Shown here one piece after another: positions 18,766 through 29,700 of a stretch of DNA of 64,000 nt. Position 1 is the stretch's first letter. Each line of letters opens with the position of its first letter. A program made the position numbers and the translations under genes. Location of the stretch: positions 25,208-89,207 of the IMG/VR virus record IMGVR_UViG_3300037461_000646, one strand, 5' to 3'. The notes under the pieces were generated by a model, which was given only the letters and a program-made list of their open reading frames with translations, did not search any database and was not told the DNA's origin. This stretch comes from a virus. Its lineage: Duplodnaviria > Caudoviricetes.

Positions 18766-19668
18766 TTAAATAGATTTGAACAACTCCACCAACTGCTTTA
18801 CCCTGACTTCATTGCTGTGGGCTTGAGCCACAAGAGCTTTTGCATTGGCAATTATTTCTGACCTTTCAGCACCATGGGTGAGATAATAGCTTACCCTTTC
18901 TGCCATATCGGAAAGGCCCTTGTAAAGAACAATATTCCTACCATCTGCCCAGCCTTGAGCATCTAAATCAGGCTGGCATGAATTGGTAATCAAAAGCCCA
19001 CCAGTGGCGGGCACTTCTGTAAACCGGGATTGAATATTACCAAATATTGAATTGCCATTGACAAACAACTTACACTTATTGAGTTGGGCCACGTAAGAAA
19101 AGCAATCTCTCTCGATGGTTGTGTACACGGTCACTTTGGGTATTGAAAGCAATATTTCTTTGATTTGGGGTCGAATCGGGTAAAAGTCTTCACGAGCATT
19201 CCACATGGCCCCAACGTCTATGGGTCTGGGCCAGCAAAGGTCTAAGAATAGCCCAAGGTCTACACTCATTGGGAAGTACACATGCTTGATGTTGTCTTTG
19301 TAGTGTTCACGAAAAAGGTCAACCTCTGGCATGGTCTGAAACAGAATGAGATTGTATTCATCCCACTTGAGTCTTCTGTTGAGCATAGATTCCCTGTTGC
19401 CCAACTTGAAATAATCGGTAGCCAACAAAATCTTAGGCAGCTTCACGGCATTTAGAGGGGGTAGCCACCCAATGAATTTTTGCTCCATTGCCAACACGCC
19501 ATCGAACCGGCCAAACTTCTCAATGACATCATTCACACTTAAATCAGTAGAATAGTCGGGGTAGTCTGGGCCATATAAAAAATGCCCTGAGTCAAGCAAC
19601 GACTCGGCAAAGCGGGTCATGTAAATGGCCCTCTTGTGGCTGTTCTTGGTCAGAACCAATAGTCTCAT
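18766..19668 (-). CDS. Glycosyltransferase (GT-B, CgeB/YkvP-like)
   Basis: YVAQLNKCKLFVN...SRFTEVPATGGLLITN...MAERVSYYLTH.AERSEIIANA; start MRLLVL in ATGA overlap with upstream stop. Confidence 0.75.
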   Translation of the reverse strand: MRLLVLTKNSHKRAIYMTRFAESLLDSGHFLYGPDYPDYSTDLSVNDVIEKFGRFDGVLAMEQKFIGWLPPLNAVKLPKILLATDYFKLGNRESMLNRRLKWDEYNLILFQTMPEVDLFREHYKDNIKHVYFPMSVDLGLFLDLCWPRPIDVGAMWNAREDFYPIRPQIKEILLSIPKVTVYTTIERDCFSYVAQLNKCKLFVNGNSIFGNIQSRFTEVPATGGLLITNSCQPDLDAQGWADGRNIVLYKGLSDMAERVSYYLTHGAERSEIIANAKALVAQAHSNEVRVKQLVELFKSI

Positions 19669-20606
19669 AAAAAATTCAAATGCTTCATGAGAAGCACCCC
19701 GGTAGACTTCCAATCTTTATAGACTCTGGCATAGTTCATGTACCGACATTGAGGACATAAGGCAGGGTCTACCCGTTGTACGAAAGCCGGTCTTCTCTGC
19801 CAGATGGTTTCAAAACTCTCTTTCTCTAAATTCCCTACAACCATGTTCTTGTTGCCCCGGTGCTGACAACAGAAGTACACCTGACTGTCGGCACCAACGA
19901 CTCCGACCAAATGGGCAACTAAACAAGGGAGAGAATCGGTAGCTCGCCATCTGTCGGTTCGTATCGACTTGTTGTTTCTGGGGGGTTCAAACCCTGAAAA
20001 GATTTCACCATTCTCAAACACAACCGGCTTGAACTGAATGTATGAAACATCCAACGACTCTGCCAAATCATCTGCCAACTGCATTTCAAGCTTGTTGTCT
20101 TCACACACCACAAAGGCAAGGCCAACGGTTTCACAAACACCTACTGCCATTCTGACATTTGCAAGCACCCGGTCAAAGTAGTCTTTCCCTTTCACCTTTG
20201 TATAGGTTTCTCTGGTGGCAGCATCTAAGCTGACCCGAATGAACTTGAACCGTTCTATCCCTTTTACCCTGTCAAGAAAGACCCCATTCGTGATCAGGCC
20301 CACTTCAAACCCTTGCTGCACCGCCAAGTCGAACATCTCTTGAAAGTGGGGGTTCATGAGGGGTTCCCCACCCCCGGTGAAAGTTACGCCTTTGGTGCCA
20401 AGATGCTCAAGAGAGTTCAGAAGCTGAATATAGATAGGCAAAGGCAAATGCTGGTGGTTGCCCTTGAGATGGTTTTTGTAGAAACAAAATTGGCAATTCA
20501 ACTGACAGGCATTTGAAGGGTCGATCTCACAACAAACCGGGGGCACGAAAGTGCCCTCTTCGATCTTTGAGATTCTATCAACCCAGTACAGTATTTTCTC
20601 ATCCAT
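19665..20606 (-). CDS. Radical SAM enzyme with SPASM/twitch domain
   Basis: CQLNCQFC cluster motif, FTGGGEPL, C-terminal C...VYFCC...VGNL..ESFETIW...CPQC. Confidence 0.9.
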   Translation of the reverse strand: MDEKILYWVDRISKIEEGTFVPPVCCEIDPSNACQLNCQFCFYKNHLKGNHQHLPLPIYIQLLNSLEHLGTKGVTFTGGGEPLMNPHFQEMFDLAVQQGFEVGLITNGVFLDRVKGIERFKFIRVSLDAATRETYTKVKGKDYFDRVLANVRMAVGVCETVGLAFVVCEDNKLEMQLADDLAESLDVSYIQFKPVVFENGEIFSGFEPPRNNKSIRTDRWRATDSLPCLVAHLVGVVGADSQVYFCCQHRGNKNMVVGNLEKESFETIWQRRPAFVQRVDPALCPQCRYMNYARVYKDWKSTGVLLMKHLNFL

Positions 20607-20618
20607 GCGACTCTCGCT

Positions 20619-23600
20619 TTATGGGGCATTGTAAAATTCAATATTTCTGATTGAAATTGTTTGATCTACTAAATCCCCCCGCAGTATCAAATAGTACATA
20701 TCTGCCGAAAGGCTAATGTTGAACTCCACAACTTGTTCACCAGAGTCTTTTGAAACCACATTAGAGTCAAACAAAGATTCAAAAGAACTGTTGGCTATGG
20801 TCACTGAAAAACCATCTGCACTAGGTTGGTAAAAAGTCACCCTTATTTTGGTTGGTCGGTAGCTGGCAGTCCAAGTGCTGGCCCTTTCTAAATAGACTGC
20901 CCCATACGAACCAAGATCGTAAGAATCCCACTCATTGTTGCCTGAATCCCAAGTACCCAAACCAGAATAAGCTTGCCAATAGGTCGTATTGTGGCGAGTC
21001 TCGTAATAGTCAGGCACAGCCGTTGTGGTGGTGGTTGAACTGGTTGAACTGGTTGAACTTGATGTACTGGTTGTTGAAAGAGTTGAAGCTGTTGAAGCCG
21101 TCGAACTGGTCGTGGTGAAGGTTGAAGTGGTCGAAGCTGTAGAACTGCTTGAACTTGTGGTTGACAAGGTTGAAGCTGTTGATGAAGAACTTGCTGTGCT
21201 TGAACTGGTGGTCGTGCTTGAAGTACTTGTCCACCCAGGTCGGGTCGATGTCGTAGTGGTGTATGTAGATAGTGTCGAAGAGGTGGTGCTGGTTGAAGTG
21301 GTCGAAAAAGTGCTTGATGATGTCGTGGTGGTAGAAGACGAAGATGAACTGGATGATGTCGTGGTGGTAGAAGACGAAGATGAACTGGATGATGTCGTGG
21401 TGGTAGAAGATGATGTCCACCCCGGTCGGGTGGTTGTGGTCGAACTTGAAGAGGTGGTAGTGGTCGTAGTGGTGGTGGCAGCTATGTCACCTGAATAAGC
21501 AGACCCCATGAAAAATTCAACGGCACTCACACGGAACGCATCGTTTTCTCCCGCTGGTACGTCAAACTCGATATGAGAAATGTCGCCCCTGTTTGAAAAC
21601 CCCAAATCGATCTCTGATCCAGAAACGTAGTTTAGAGCCGTAGCAATTGTGCCGTCTACTGCATGAATAGAAAAAGTAAGATTAGTAGCTACACGGTCAT
21701 GAGTGATTCTAAGCTTTGAGGGCCTAAAACCAACATACCAATCCCCCACAACATACAGTGCCCCCCCATCAGCCGATGTGACCACATTAAAGTTCCAGCG
21801 AGAATTGACACTGTCCCAAGTAGTGCTGGTATCGATGACTTGCCAATACCGAGAATCAGTCAAGTTTGCCCACTCAGAAACGTAATCGACAACCAAGAGG
21901 GGGCTTAGAGTATCTATAGCATTTTCATTGGTTTCAGTCCAAGTAATGCCATAATCGTCTGATACAAATAAACCACTTGTGATCGTAGCTCCAGAGGCAA
22001 TGCCATGAGCAGCCACAAGTCTTTCACCTGTAGAATTGCACCTTATTGATCTCCAAATAAACCCTTCTGTGTTTGTTTTTCTTTGTACCCAACTGCCCCC
22101 ATAGTTATTGGAAGTATATATACCATCAGAAGTGGCCACAGCCATGTATTGACCAGAATTACTAATACAAACCGTGAAGGTTCTGATTGAAAGAACCACA
22201 GAAAATGAAGCACCATAATTAGATGAAACAATAGTCCCTGATGCTCCCCCACTAAAAATTAAATATTGCCCTGTCGAACTACAAGAAAGATCATCGTAAG
22301 AAGAAAAGGTTGTTATATCATAGCCCGACCAAGAAGCCCCAGAATTGGTTGTGACAATTATTCTTCTTGGGTTAGGGTTGTTATAATAAATAGCAGCAAT
22401 AAAAGAACAGGTTCGATTGCAACAAATATCAGCAAATACAAAATAATCTCCTTTTGAAATGTATGGGGTAATGTCAGTCCAACTTGCACCGTAATTGGTA
22501 GATTTATTAATTGTATCCCCTCTGGCGGCTACAGTTATAAAAATCGAACCGTCTGTATTTATGCACACTGTTTCGGTGAATTCATCAACTCCATCTGGAC
22601 CACTTCTTTTCGCCCAAGTTTCTCCAAAATCGGTAGACACATAATACTTGTATTTGTTGCCTGAAAGTACATAATGAAATGAAACAACAATGGTGGAACC
22701 ATCTGAATCAAAACTGACTTTGTATGAACCTCCATCGTTGATGGGGGTTTGATGAGGCAGATTTATTGGAACCCAAGAAAAGCCGTAATCTGTTGATATA
22801 AAACATTTATTACTGTAATAAAGACCAGCAAACAAAACACTGCCTGTAGAATTACTAGCAACAGGCATGTAATATGGACTATTCAAAAGAGCAGCCCCAT
22901 CTCTTGAAACCAAATCAAGATTTACAGGCACCCCATCAATGTCCCCATTCTTTAAAACTGCCACAATAGAATTGCCTGACACCCAGCCAGACCGATCAAT
23001 GATTTTCTGAAGCTCATTAGAAAAATCTTGTGACCGTGCGGGGGAAAAACTGTTGGCACTGAAAAACGAACCAATCTCTTGCCCAGAAGTCAATGATAGG
23101 GCATCAAACTGAGCATAGGTGGTAGGAGAACTTGGGTCATCAGCAGCAACAAAATGAACAATAACCCGACCAAAGGTTGAAACCCCACCAACAATGGTTT
23201 CTGTGACCCCTGATAAATACGCCCTAACAATTCGACTGCCTTGTGGGATAGCCACATCGACAAACTTCATGAACGACTCTTTGGTGGTCAGCCCATTCCC
23301 ATTTCTCACATAGTTGTAATTGGGGCTAAATGATAAAGAATCGGGGGAATACGCTCTCACCCCATCATCAATGTAGTACCCACCCGATTGAGCCGTGCCG
23401 ATCTCAAAAAAGCTCTGGGTTGTTCTGCCAATGTCCACAGGGTAGTTGCACTTTCTTCCCACAATGGTCATGGTGCTGTTTTCGTGCATCGTTATGTTTA
23501 CGATCCTAAAGCGGGTTATATTTGATTGCACCAGCCCTGAAACCAAGGAGTAGATCAAGCTGGTAGAATCAAACTCAAGGGCAATAATTTCGCCTTTTCT

Positions 23601-25964
23601 GATGTCACTGCCGTATGCCCCACACTTAAATTCAACTTCTATGCTTGGCCAGCACCGCTCCCCTATGTACCAGCCCAAAAACGAAAGGGCTTGCATTTCC
23701 CCATTAATGTACTGTAATTCAATCGAGTCTTGAGTCAGTTCCCCGTACTCATCGATGCTCGACTGGTATGCACCTGATATGGAACCTTTGGTTGCCTCTT
23801 CGTCTTTCTTTTCGTAGGTTTCAACCCAAAACTTGCCGTAAGATGCCGACAAGGTGTTGATTACCTCTGACCGTGGACCAAGGCTGATCTTGAACGAATT
23901 TGCGATGATCCGGGTATCAGGAATGGTCTTTGCCAAAGTTGCAAAGTTGGGCAGAAAGTAGACTTGGTGCTGACCGTCTTCAAAGAATTGGATTGATCGG
24001 GCTTCAAGGGCAATCTTGTCTAAGAAGTCAACGGCATTCTCTCTTTCGATCAAAACTGGTGAAACCCTGACCCCATAAGTATTATAATCCAAATTAGCCT
24101 GAGTATATGAAACCCCAAAATCAGTTATAGGAGAAAGTCCACAGTAGTAAACCAAAAACTTTTTCATTACATAATCTGGCTGCTCAATGACAGTGCCACT
24201 CGTGCCGTAGTGACCAGAATCATCAGCCATCCACCCTTGAATGTCTGCTGACACACGGCCCCCAACCACTGTATCAGCCACACTATTGCCAACAAGTTCA
24301 ACCGTCCCAGTCTTAACAGCAGCACCAGTCTTAATGGCTGCACCAGTCTTGGTGACATTGGCAATGTCAGTGGAAACAGTACCCCCCACCTTGTCTACAA
24401 TAAACTCAGCCCAGACTTCGCCAACAAAGGTGTACCCACCGGGGTTTGTCCCTGTTCTTGTAACCGCCCCAGACAAAGAATTAATATAATCCCAATCTTT
24501 TTGTGATTCGTTGAGATTGAACCAAGTCGATCTGACAACAGTGCCTTTGAACTCGGCTGCACCACTATTGGAGTAAGATACAGTTCTGCCCATAAAAGTG
24601 AATGTGGCCCCACAACTAGTGTCAACAAAACCCAACGCCATACAGACCCGCAATTGACTGGGCACCCCATCCAGATTTTGCAACTGAACCCTTTGTACAG
24701 TTACTACATTGCCCTGCCCCTGAATTCCCGCATACGTGCCTATGCTGCCGTCAGCCAACTTAATCGCATTGGTGCTAAAAGCATCCAAATTGTCTTGGTA
24801 TATAAAACCAGTGGCTGTAGCGTAATCAAAGTTCCAAGTGGTGTACGCTGGCTCACCATCATGCTCATGGCCGGGGTCAGGCACATCAATCGAGTCGTTT
24901 ACCCCAATTGAATCGTCCACAGCAATTGTGTCTTCAGCTTCGATGTTTATCTGCTCTGAGATGGAAGGCAAAGTGTTGAAAACAATAACTGCTTTACCGG
25001 GGTAGGTGGGGTGTTCGTCCCCAACTTGGCCGGTGTAGGTATCGTAAAGGGTGGCACTCTGAAGAACTTGCTCCCCTGTTTTTCTGTGCTGAACATAAAC
25101 CCCATCAAACGATTTAATCGGGTGAGCCATAGCGTAAACGTAAGCTGTCTGAATCTCAGCAACTATGGCCCCTTGGTTGTGAGCAACGGCTGTGGTGCTA
25201 TTATACCCACGGGTGCAGCCAATGAAAGAATTGCCACTGACCCCTGCGTATTGAATTTGCTCTTCATCAATCTGAATTACTCCCCCAGCGACTTCAAACC
25301 CTGTGATGTCTGAAACTGGTATCGTAATGACACTTTCCGTTATAGCCTCACTCAGATTATCAATCGTGCCAGCATCGATAGCAAGAAAGGGAACCTTCTT
25401 GGCCCTGCCAAAAGCAATTGGGAATATCTTGCCAATATCATCGGGGTCTGCGGTGGGGTAGCTCGATAACTCACAAATCTCAGGTTTGAATTTGCTTAGA
25501 ATAGAGTTTTCAATGCCCACACAATGCACCACAACACGAGTATCATCCAATTCGGGGTTTTCGATCTTGCCTTTGAACCGCAACACCAAATCATTAACAG
25601 AACTGGCCCCCTCAAAGAACTCATACAAGTACACAGTGGCATTAAAATAATCGGAATTGGCAATCGAGAAGAAGTTTCTGTACCCATACAAAGGTCTGGT
25701 GTTTTCGACCACGAAAGAAGTCTCACAGGCTTGTGAGGTAGTTTTGCCCAACACATCCGAGTACTGAAGGTTGATGTCTCCCCAAGACAAGATTGCCGGG
25801 TGGTAGAACGTGTCGTTGAATTTGTACCTTGACCCCGGTGCCCCGAAAGCTCGGTCACACAAATAAAAAGTGATGTTGCTGAAGTGAATATGGGCAATTC
25901 GGGTGGGGCGAATGTTGGGGGAATCAATCGCAGTAGTTGTAAAAGAAGATAGAGTCTTAGGCAT
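20619..25964 (-). CDS. Tail tip/central tail (hub) protein with Asp-box beta-propeller, S/T linker and duplicated C-terminal domain
   Basis: 1781 aa two genes downstream of the tape measure; repeated S.D.G.TW/S.NYG.SW Asp-box motifs; ~170-aa S/T tract. Confidence 0.8.
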   Translation of the reverse strand: MPKTLSSFTTTAIDSPNIRPTRIAHIHFSNITFYLCDRAFGAPGSRYKFNDTFYHPAILSWGDINLQYSDVLGKTTSQACETSFVVENTRPLYGYRNFFSIANSDYFNATVYLYEFFEGASSVNDLVLRFKGKIENPELDDTRVVVHCVGIENSILSKFKPEICELSSYPTADPDDIGKIFPIAFGRAKKVPFLAIDAGTIDNLSEAITESVITIPVSDITGFEVAGGVIQIDEEQIQYAGVSGNSFIGCTRGYNSTTAVAHNQGAIVAEIQTAYVYAMAHPIKSFDGVYVQHRKTGEQVLQSATLYDTYTGQVGDEHPTYPGKAVIVFNTLPSISEQINIEAEDTIAVDDSIGVNDSIDVPDPGHEHDGEPAYTTWNFDYATATGFIYQDNLDAFSTNAIKLADGSIGTYAGIQGQGNVVTVQRVQLQNLDGVPSQLRVCMALGFVDTSCGATFTFMGRTVSYSNSGAAEFKGTVVRSTWFNLNESQKDWDYINSLSGAVTRTGTNPGGYTFVGEVWAEFIVDKVGGTVSTDIANVTKTGAAIKTGAAVKTGTVELVGNSVADTVVGGRVSADIQGWMADDSGHYGTSGTVIEQPDYVMKKFLVYYCGLSPITDFGVSYTQANLDYNTYGVRVSPVLIERENAVDFLDKIALEARSIQFFEDGQHQVYFLPNFATLAKTIPDTRIIANSFKISLGPRSEVINTLSASYGKFWVETYEKKDEEATKGSISGAYQSSIDEYGELTQDSIELQYINGEMQALSFLGWYIGERCWPSIEVEFKCGAYGSDIRKGEIIALEFDSTSLIYSLVSGLVQSNITRFRIVNITMHENSTMTIVGRKCNYPVDIGRTTQSFFEIGTAQSGGYYIDDGVRAYSPDSLSFSPNYNYVRNGNGLTTKESFMKFVDVAIPQGSRIVRAYLSGVTETIVGGVSTFGRVIVHFVAADDPSSPTTYAQFDALSLTSGQEIGSFFSANSFSPARSQDFSNELQKIIDRSGWVSGNSIVAVLKNGDIDGVPVNLDLVSRDGAALLNSPYYMPVASNSTGSVLFAGLYYSNKCFISTDYGFSWVPINLPHQTPINDGGSYKVSFDSDGSTIVVSFHYVLSGNKYKYYVSTDFGETWAKRSGPDGVDEFTETVCINTDGSIFITVAARGDTINKSTNYGASWTDITPYISKGDYFVFADICCNRTCSFIAAIYYNNPNPRRIIVTTNSGASWSGYDITTFSSYDDLSCSSTGQYLIFSGGASGTIVSSNYGASFSVVLSIRTFTVCISNSGQYMAVATSDGIYTSNNYGGSWVQRKTNTEGFIWRSIRCNSTGERLVAAHGIASGATITSGLFVSDDYGITWTETNENAIDTLSPLLVVDYVSEWANLTDSRYWQVIDTSTTWDSVNSRWNFNVVTSADGGALYVVGDWYVGFRPSKLRITHDRVATNLTFSIHAVDGTIATALNYVSGSEIDLGFSNRGDISHIEFDVPAGENDAFRVSAVEFFMGSAYSGDIAATTTTTTTTSSSSTTTTRPGWTSSSTTTTSSSSSSSSTTTTSSSSSSSSTTTTSSSTFSTTSTSTTSSTLSTYTTTTSTRPGWTSTSSTTTSSSTASSSSTASTLSTTSSSSSTASTTSTFTTTSSTASTASTLSTTSTSSSTSSTSSTTTTTAVPDYYETRHNTTYWQAYSGLGTWDSGNNEWDSYDLGSYGAVYLERASTWTASYRPTKIRVTFYQPSADGFSVTIANSSFESLFDSNVVSKDSGEQVVEFNISLSADMYYLILRGDLVDQTISIRNIEFYNAP

Positions 25965-25970
25965 TTATAA

Positions 25971-26711
25971 TCATCCTTTAACTTCAGAAACTGAAATATC
26001 AAACTCAAGCATCCCCTCATTCAAATGGTCTGACGATGGGGGCTGGTTGCCAAAGTCAGCCAAGAAACACGACTCCTCATGGTCAATGATGTAGAAGGGC
26101 TTGCTGTAATCATCAAGATATTCCATATCAGAAATAAACGTGGTCACGGGGTAGTTGACTCTGTCCATGAATACGGTGTAGTTTCTCTGCTTTCTCTTCG
26201 GGCCTATTCTGATGAAATGATCCACCCCACCGTAGGTTCTGGCTCGTTCAACATCGGATGAATCAGAAAACGTGGGCTGGTTGCTCCACACTACTGGCAC
26301 CGAAAGCATTCTACCCATAAAAACTTCGGTTGCCTGAAATATGTGGGAACCCATCGAAACCCGCCAGTACTGGTACGAAAGAGGTGTGGTCAGTGTCTTC
26401 AGTATCTGGGCTGTGCCAGATTGTGTCCAAGACAAAGCGGTTGTCCAAGAAGAGCCGTTGCTTGAATACTGCCAATCAACTTGAATACCGTTGAGAGCAT
26501 GATCTTCGATAATGAGAGTATCAACTGCCAAAACCGTGCTGCCTTGGTTCACCGTCACAACATAGGCCCCTGTTGCCGAATACTTGCAGTAGAACCCCGC
26601 AGACCGATCAAACAGTCTTTCTTTGGGGTAGCCCGAATCAACTGCCGTGACTGTTACCGTGCCATCTTCTAATATGTTGTAACAAAGAAACTTGACTCTG
26701 GAAGTAGTCAT
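25971..26711 (-). CDS. Distal tail / minor tail protein
   Basis: Position directly after the tape measure; beta-rich 246-aa ORF. Confidence 0.55.
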   Translation of the reverse strand: MTTSRVKFLCYNILEDGTVTVTAVDSGYPKERLFDRSAGFYCKYSATGAYVVTVNQGSTVLAVDTLIIEDHALNGIQVDWQYSSNGSSWTTALSWTQSGTAQILKTLTTPLSYQYWRVSMGSHIFQATEVFMGRMLSVPVVWSNQPTFSDSSDVERARTYGGVDHFIRIGPKRKQRNYTVFMDRVNYPVTTFISDMEYLDDYSKPFYIIDHEESCFLADFGNQPPSSDHLNEGMLEFDISVSEVKG

Positions 26712-29700
26712 TATCGTCTGCCCCTTCGTTTATTAAGATCATCCAACTGCTGCTGAACTTCACAGGCAAATCGCCGTGCGGTTGCTTTGTCTCCACTCAT
26801 GTACATCGTGTGAAAGTGAAACTGGATGGGCTGGCCGGTTGAGGCCGACAGTCTGAAATCAGGCATTGAAAAATCAGCCACCCGACCACCAGACTTAAAC
26901 GCTGGCAGCTTCTTGATGATGCCCCCAAACCGTTTGCCCAAATCATTGACCGACACTGAATTAGAATTAATTGCTTCAATCACGGGCAGAAACCGTCTGG
27001 TGGATTCTTTGTTCACTACGAACTCCCCAGACTCTGCCGCTATAATCTGTCTATCTCCCCCACCATACCCCGGCAGCTTGCCACCTGAAGCAAAGGCTTT
27101 GATACCTTGGTAGAAACTATCGATTTTGCCCACCAACCCCCCATGCCGGTATTCAATAGCCCAATTCGCATCTGATCCACCTTCGCTATTATCCCCCCCA
27201 CCACTACTACCACCCCCACCAGATTGTACTGTCTTGATGGTTAAGGTGATTGTTTTGCTTTGAAGAGAATCCCAATCTTTCTTTATGTCAACTATAAAGC
27301 CCTTGGCTTTATCTAACAAATCAACTGCTTCTTTGGTGATAAGCTCATTGATAGAGGATGCAGCAAGCTCGTCAATTGTCGTCTTTACCTCAGTCAAAAG
27401 AGTCTTAAAGGCCACAACTATGCCGTAGACCCCTTGCCATGCAGCACCCATTCCACCAATTTGAAGAGACATGTTCTGTGTGTCAGTAGTGATCTGAGAA
27501 ATGGAGTCTTTTAGGGCCTGTGTAGAATCAGCCGCAGCCGTTGTCGCGTTGGCAGCAGTCTCTTGAATTGCGGTGACAATGCCTGTCGTGCTTTGCTGAA
27601 CAGCAGCCGTTGCCTCTTGGCCTGATCGCTGTACCCCTTCGACAACCGCAACTTGAGCCTCTTGTACTTTATTGTGGATATCGTTGGTAAGGTTCTCGAC
27701 CTTATTGTAGTACTCAGAGAGTTTGTTGACATCAAAGGTTTTGCCCCCAAAACTGATAGTGCCTGAACCCTGTGTTTCTCCCCCCACATCGTAGGTCTTG
27801 CCGCCTACTGTCATGGTGCCTGTGCCCTCACCACCAGACAACGCACCTACATCATAGGTCTTGCCCCCAACCGTGATCGTACCTTCACCTGTAGGGGGCT
27901 TCTGCACAGCCTGTAAGCCCGGTTGAGCACCGTAAGAGGGCTGTTGGGGCTTTGGCATATTCTTCATGTTGTTGGTCATCACTTCCCAGTCTTTTCGTAT
28001 TGTGGAAGTGATGCCACTCAACTTTTCGCTTCTTTCAATAACTTCGTTCAAATTGCTGATGAATTCATCGAGTTTTTGCTGATTGATTTTGTCCCACTCA
28101 CCACCGTAACTTTTCAAAAGGTCGGTCAATTGGGCCATCACCGTTTTGGCTTCTTCGGCCTTTTGCTTTTCCTGCTCTATCTGCTTTCGGTACAACTCGT
28201 CCGTTTCAGTTTTAATCTGCTCAAGATACCGAATGGCAGCAGCCGTGGTTTCAGTCTCTGACCGTATGGTTTCGCCTTGGGCATTCTTTATGTCACGGGC
28301 AAGGCTTTCAGAAATGTCACTGGCCTTATCATAATACGACTTGGCATCATCATAATTTTTCTTGTACCCGGCTGATCGTGCCTTTTCTAACAGTTCATTG
28401 ATTCGCTTCTCATCGTCGGCAAACTTCTGGCTGTCACTCATGCCCTTTTGCTTGAGGCCACGAATCTTATCTGTCATCCCCTCTTGGCTTTTCAGTCGGG
28501 CCTTTTCAAGCTTCTCGACTTCTTTCTCGGTGGCATTGACAAGACTTTGTAGTTCCTTCAGATAATCGTCAGCCATTTTACGGCCAGTCTTGACCACCTC
28601 TTCAGAAGCCTTTTTGTAGACATCCACCACCTGAAGGTTTTCGGCTTGTGCTATGGCTATGATCGCCTGAGAGCCTTTCTTGCGAAGCTCAAGTAGTGCA
28701 GCCTGAAACCGTTCTTGGGCTTCTTTGCGCTTTACCTCATTCTCCCCTGCTTGCTTCAGTTCAACCTCATACCTGTCTCTGGCCCCCCGTATTTCAACTT
28801 CAATGCGCTCATTGATGATTTTCTTTTCTTCTTCCAATAAATTCTTCTTAAAATTCAGAAGCTGTTCACTGGTCATTTTTTCCTTCATCATGTCATCGGC
28901 AAACTTCAACAAATGCTTTGACCGAATGAAGGCTTCAGCAGCATATCTATCTTCTTCTGTCTTCAGAATGGTAGCAGCAATTTTCTTGTAGTTTGATACT
29001 TCGTCCTCCATCGATTTTGCGGCCTTGGCAAAAGCAACCTTTGACCCGGCATCGAGTGAGTCAAAAAAGTTTGTAAACATGTGGGGCAGATTCGCCATGG
29101 CCCTGTCGATTTCTTCAAGGTCTTTTGAAAACTCATCTGTGTAGCTCTTGATAGCTTCCATGGCAGTCTTGACTTGAGTATCGGTAGCACCAAGGGCTTT
29201 GAGTTTTTCGGTGATACTTTCCACCGACTCACCCAGCTTCTTGTAAATCTTAGCGATGTTGACAAAGCTCTGATCTCGGTCTTGCATGATCTTGGCTGTC
29301 TTCTGAGCTTCCTTGCTCATTTTAGACTCAGCTTCGACCACCGTGGTAAAGCTTTCCACAACATCGTCTGAGTTCTTTGAGACATCGTTCAGGCTTGAAG
29401 ACAGGTCGTAGATATTTGCCTCAAGCTCTTTGATCTCTGAGTTGAAGTTGTCGTAGTTGGCATCAGGGGCTTTGATCTTCTCAATGTTACTGGCAGTCAC
29501 AAGAAGTTGCTTGTCGTAAATTCTGAGCAGATCGATTTGTTTCTGAATTTCTTTTTCCCAAGTAAGTTGTTTGAGTTCAGCTATTTTCTTGATGTTCTTG
29601 TCAAGGGAGCCAATGTTCTCATCTATGACCCCCTTCAACTGCGGGTAGGCTCTGATCAGCCGTTTAATGGCAGCTTCGTACTCGACAGAAATGTCCTGAC

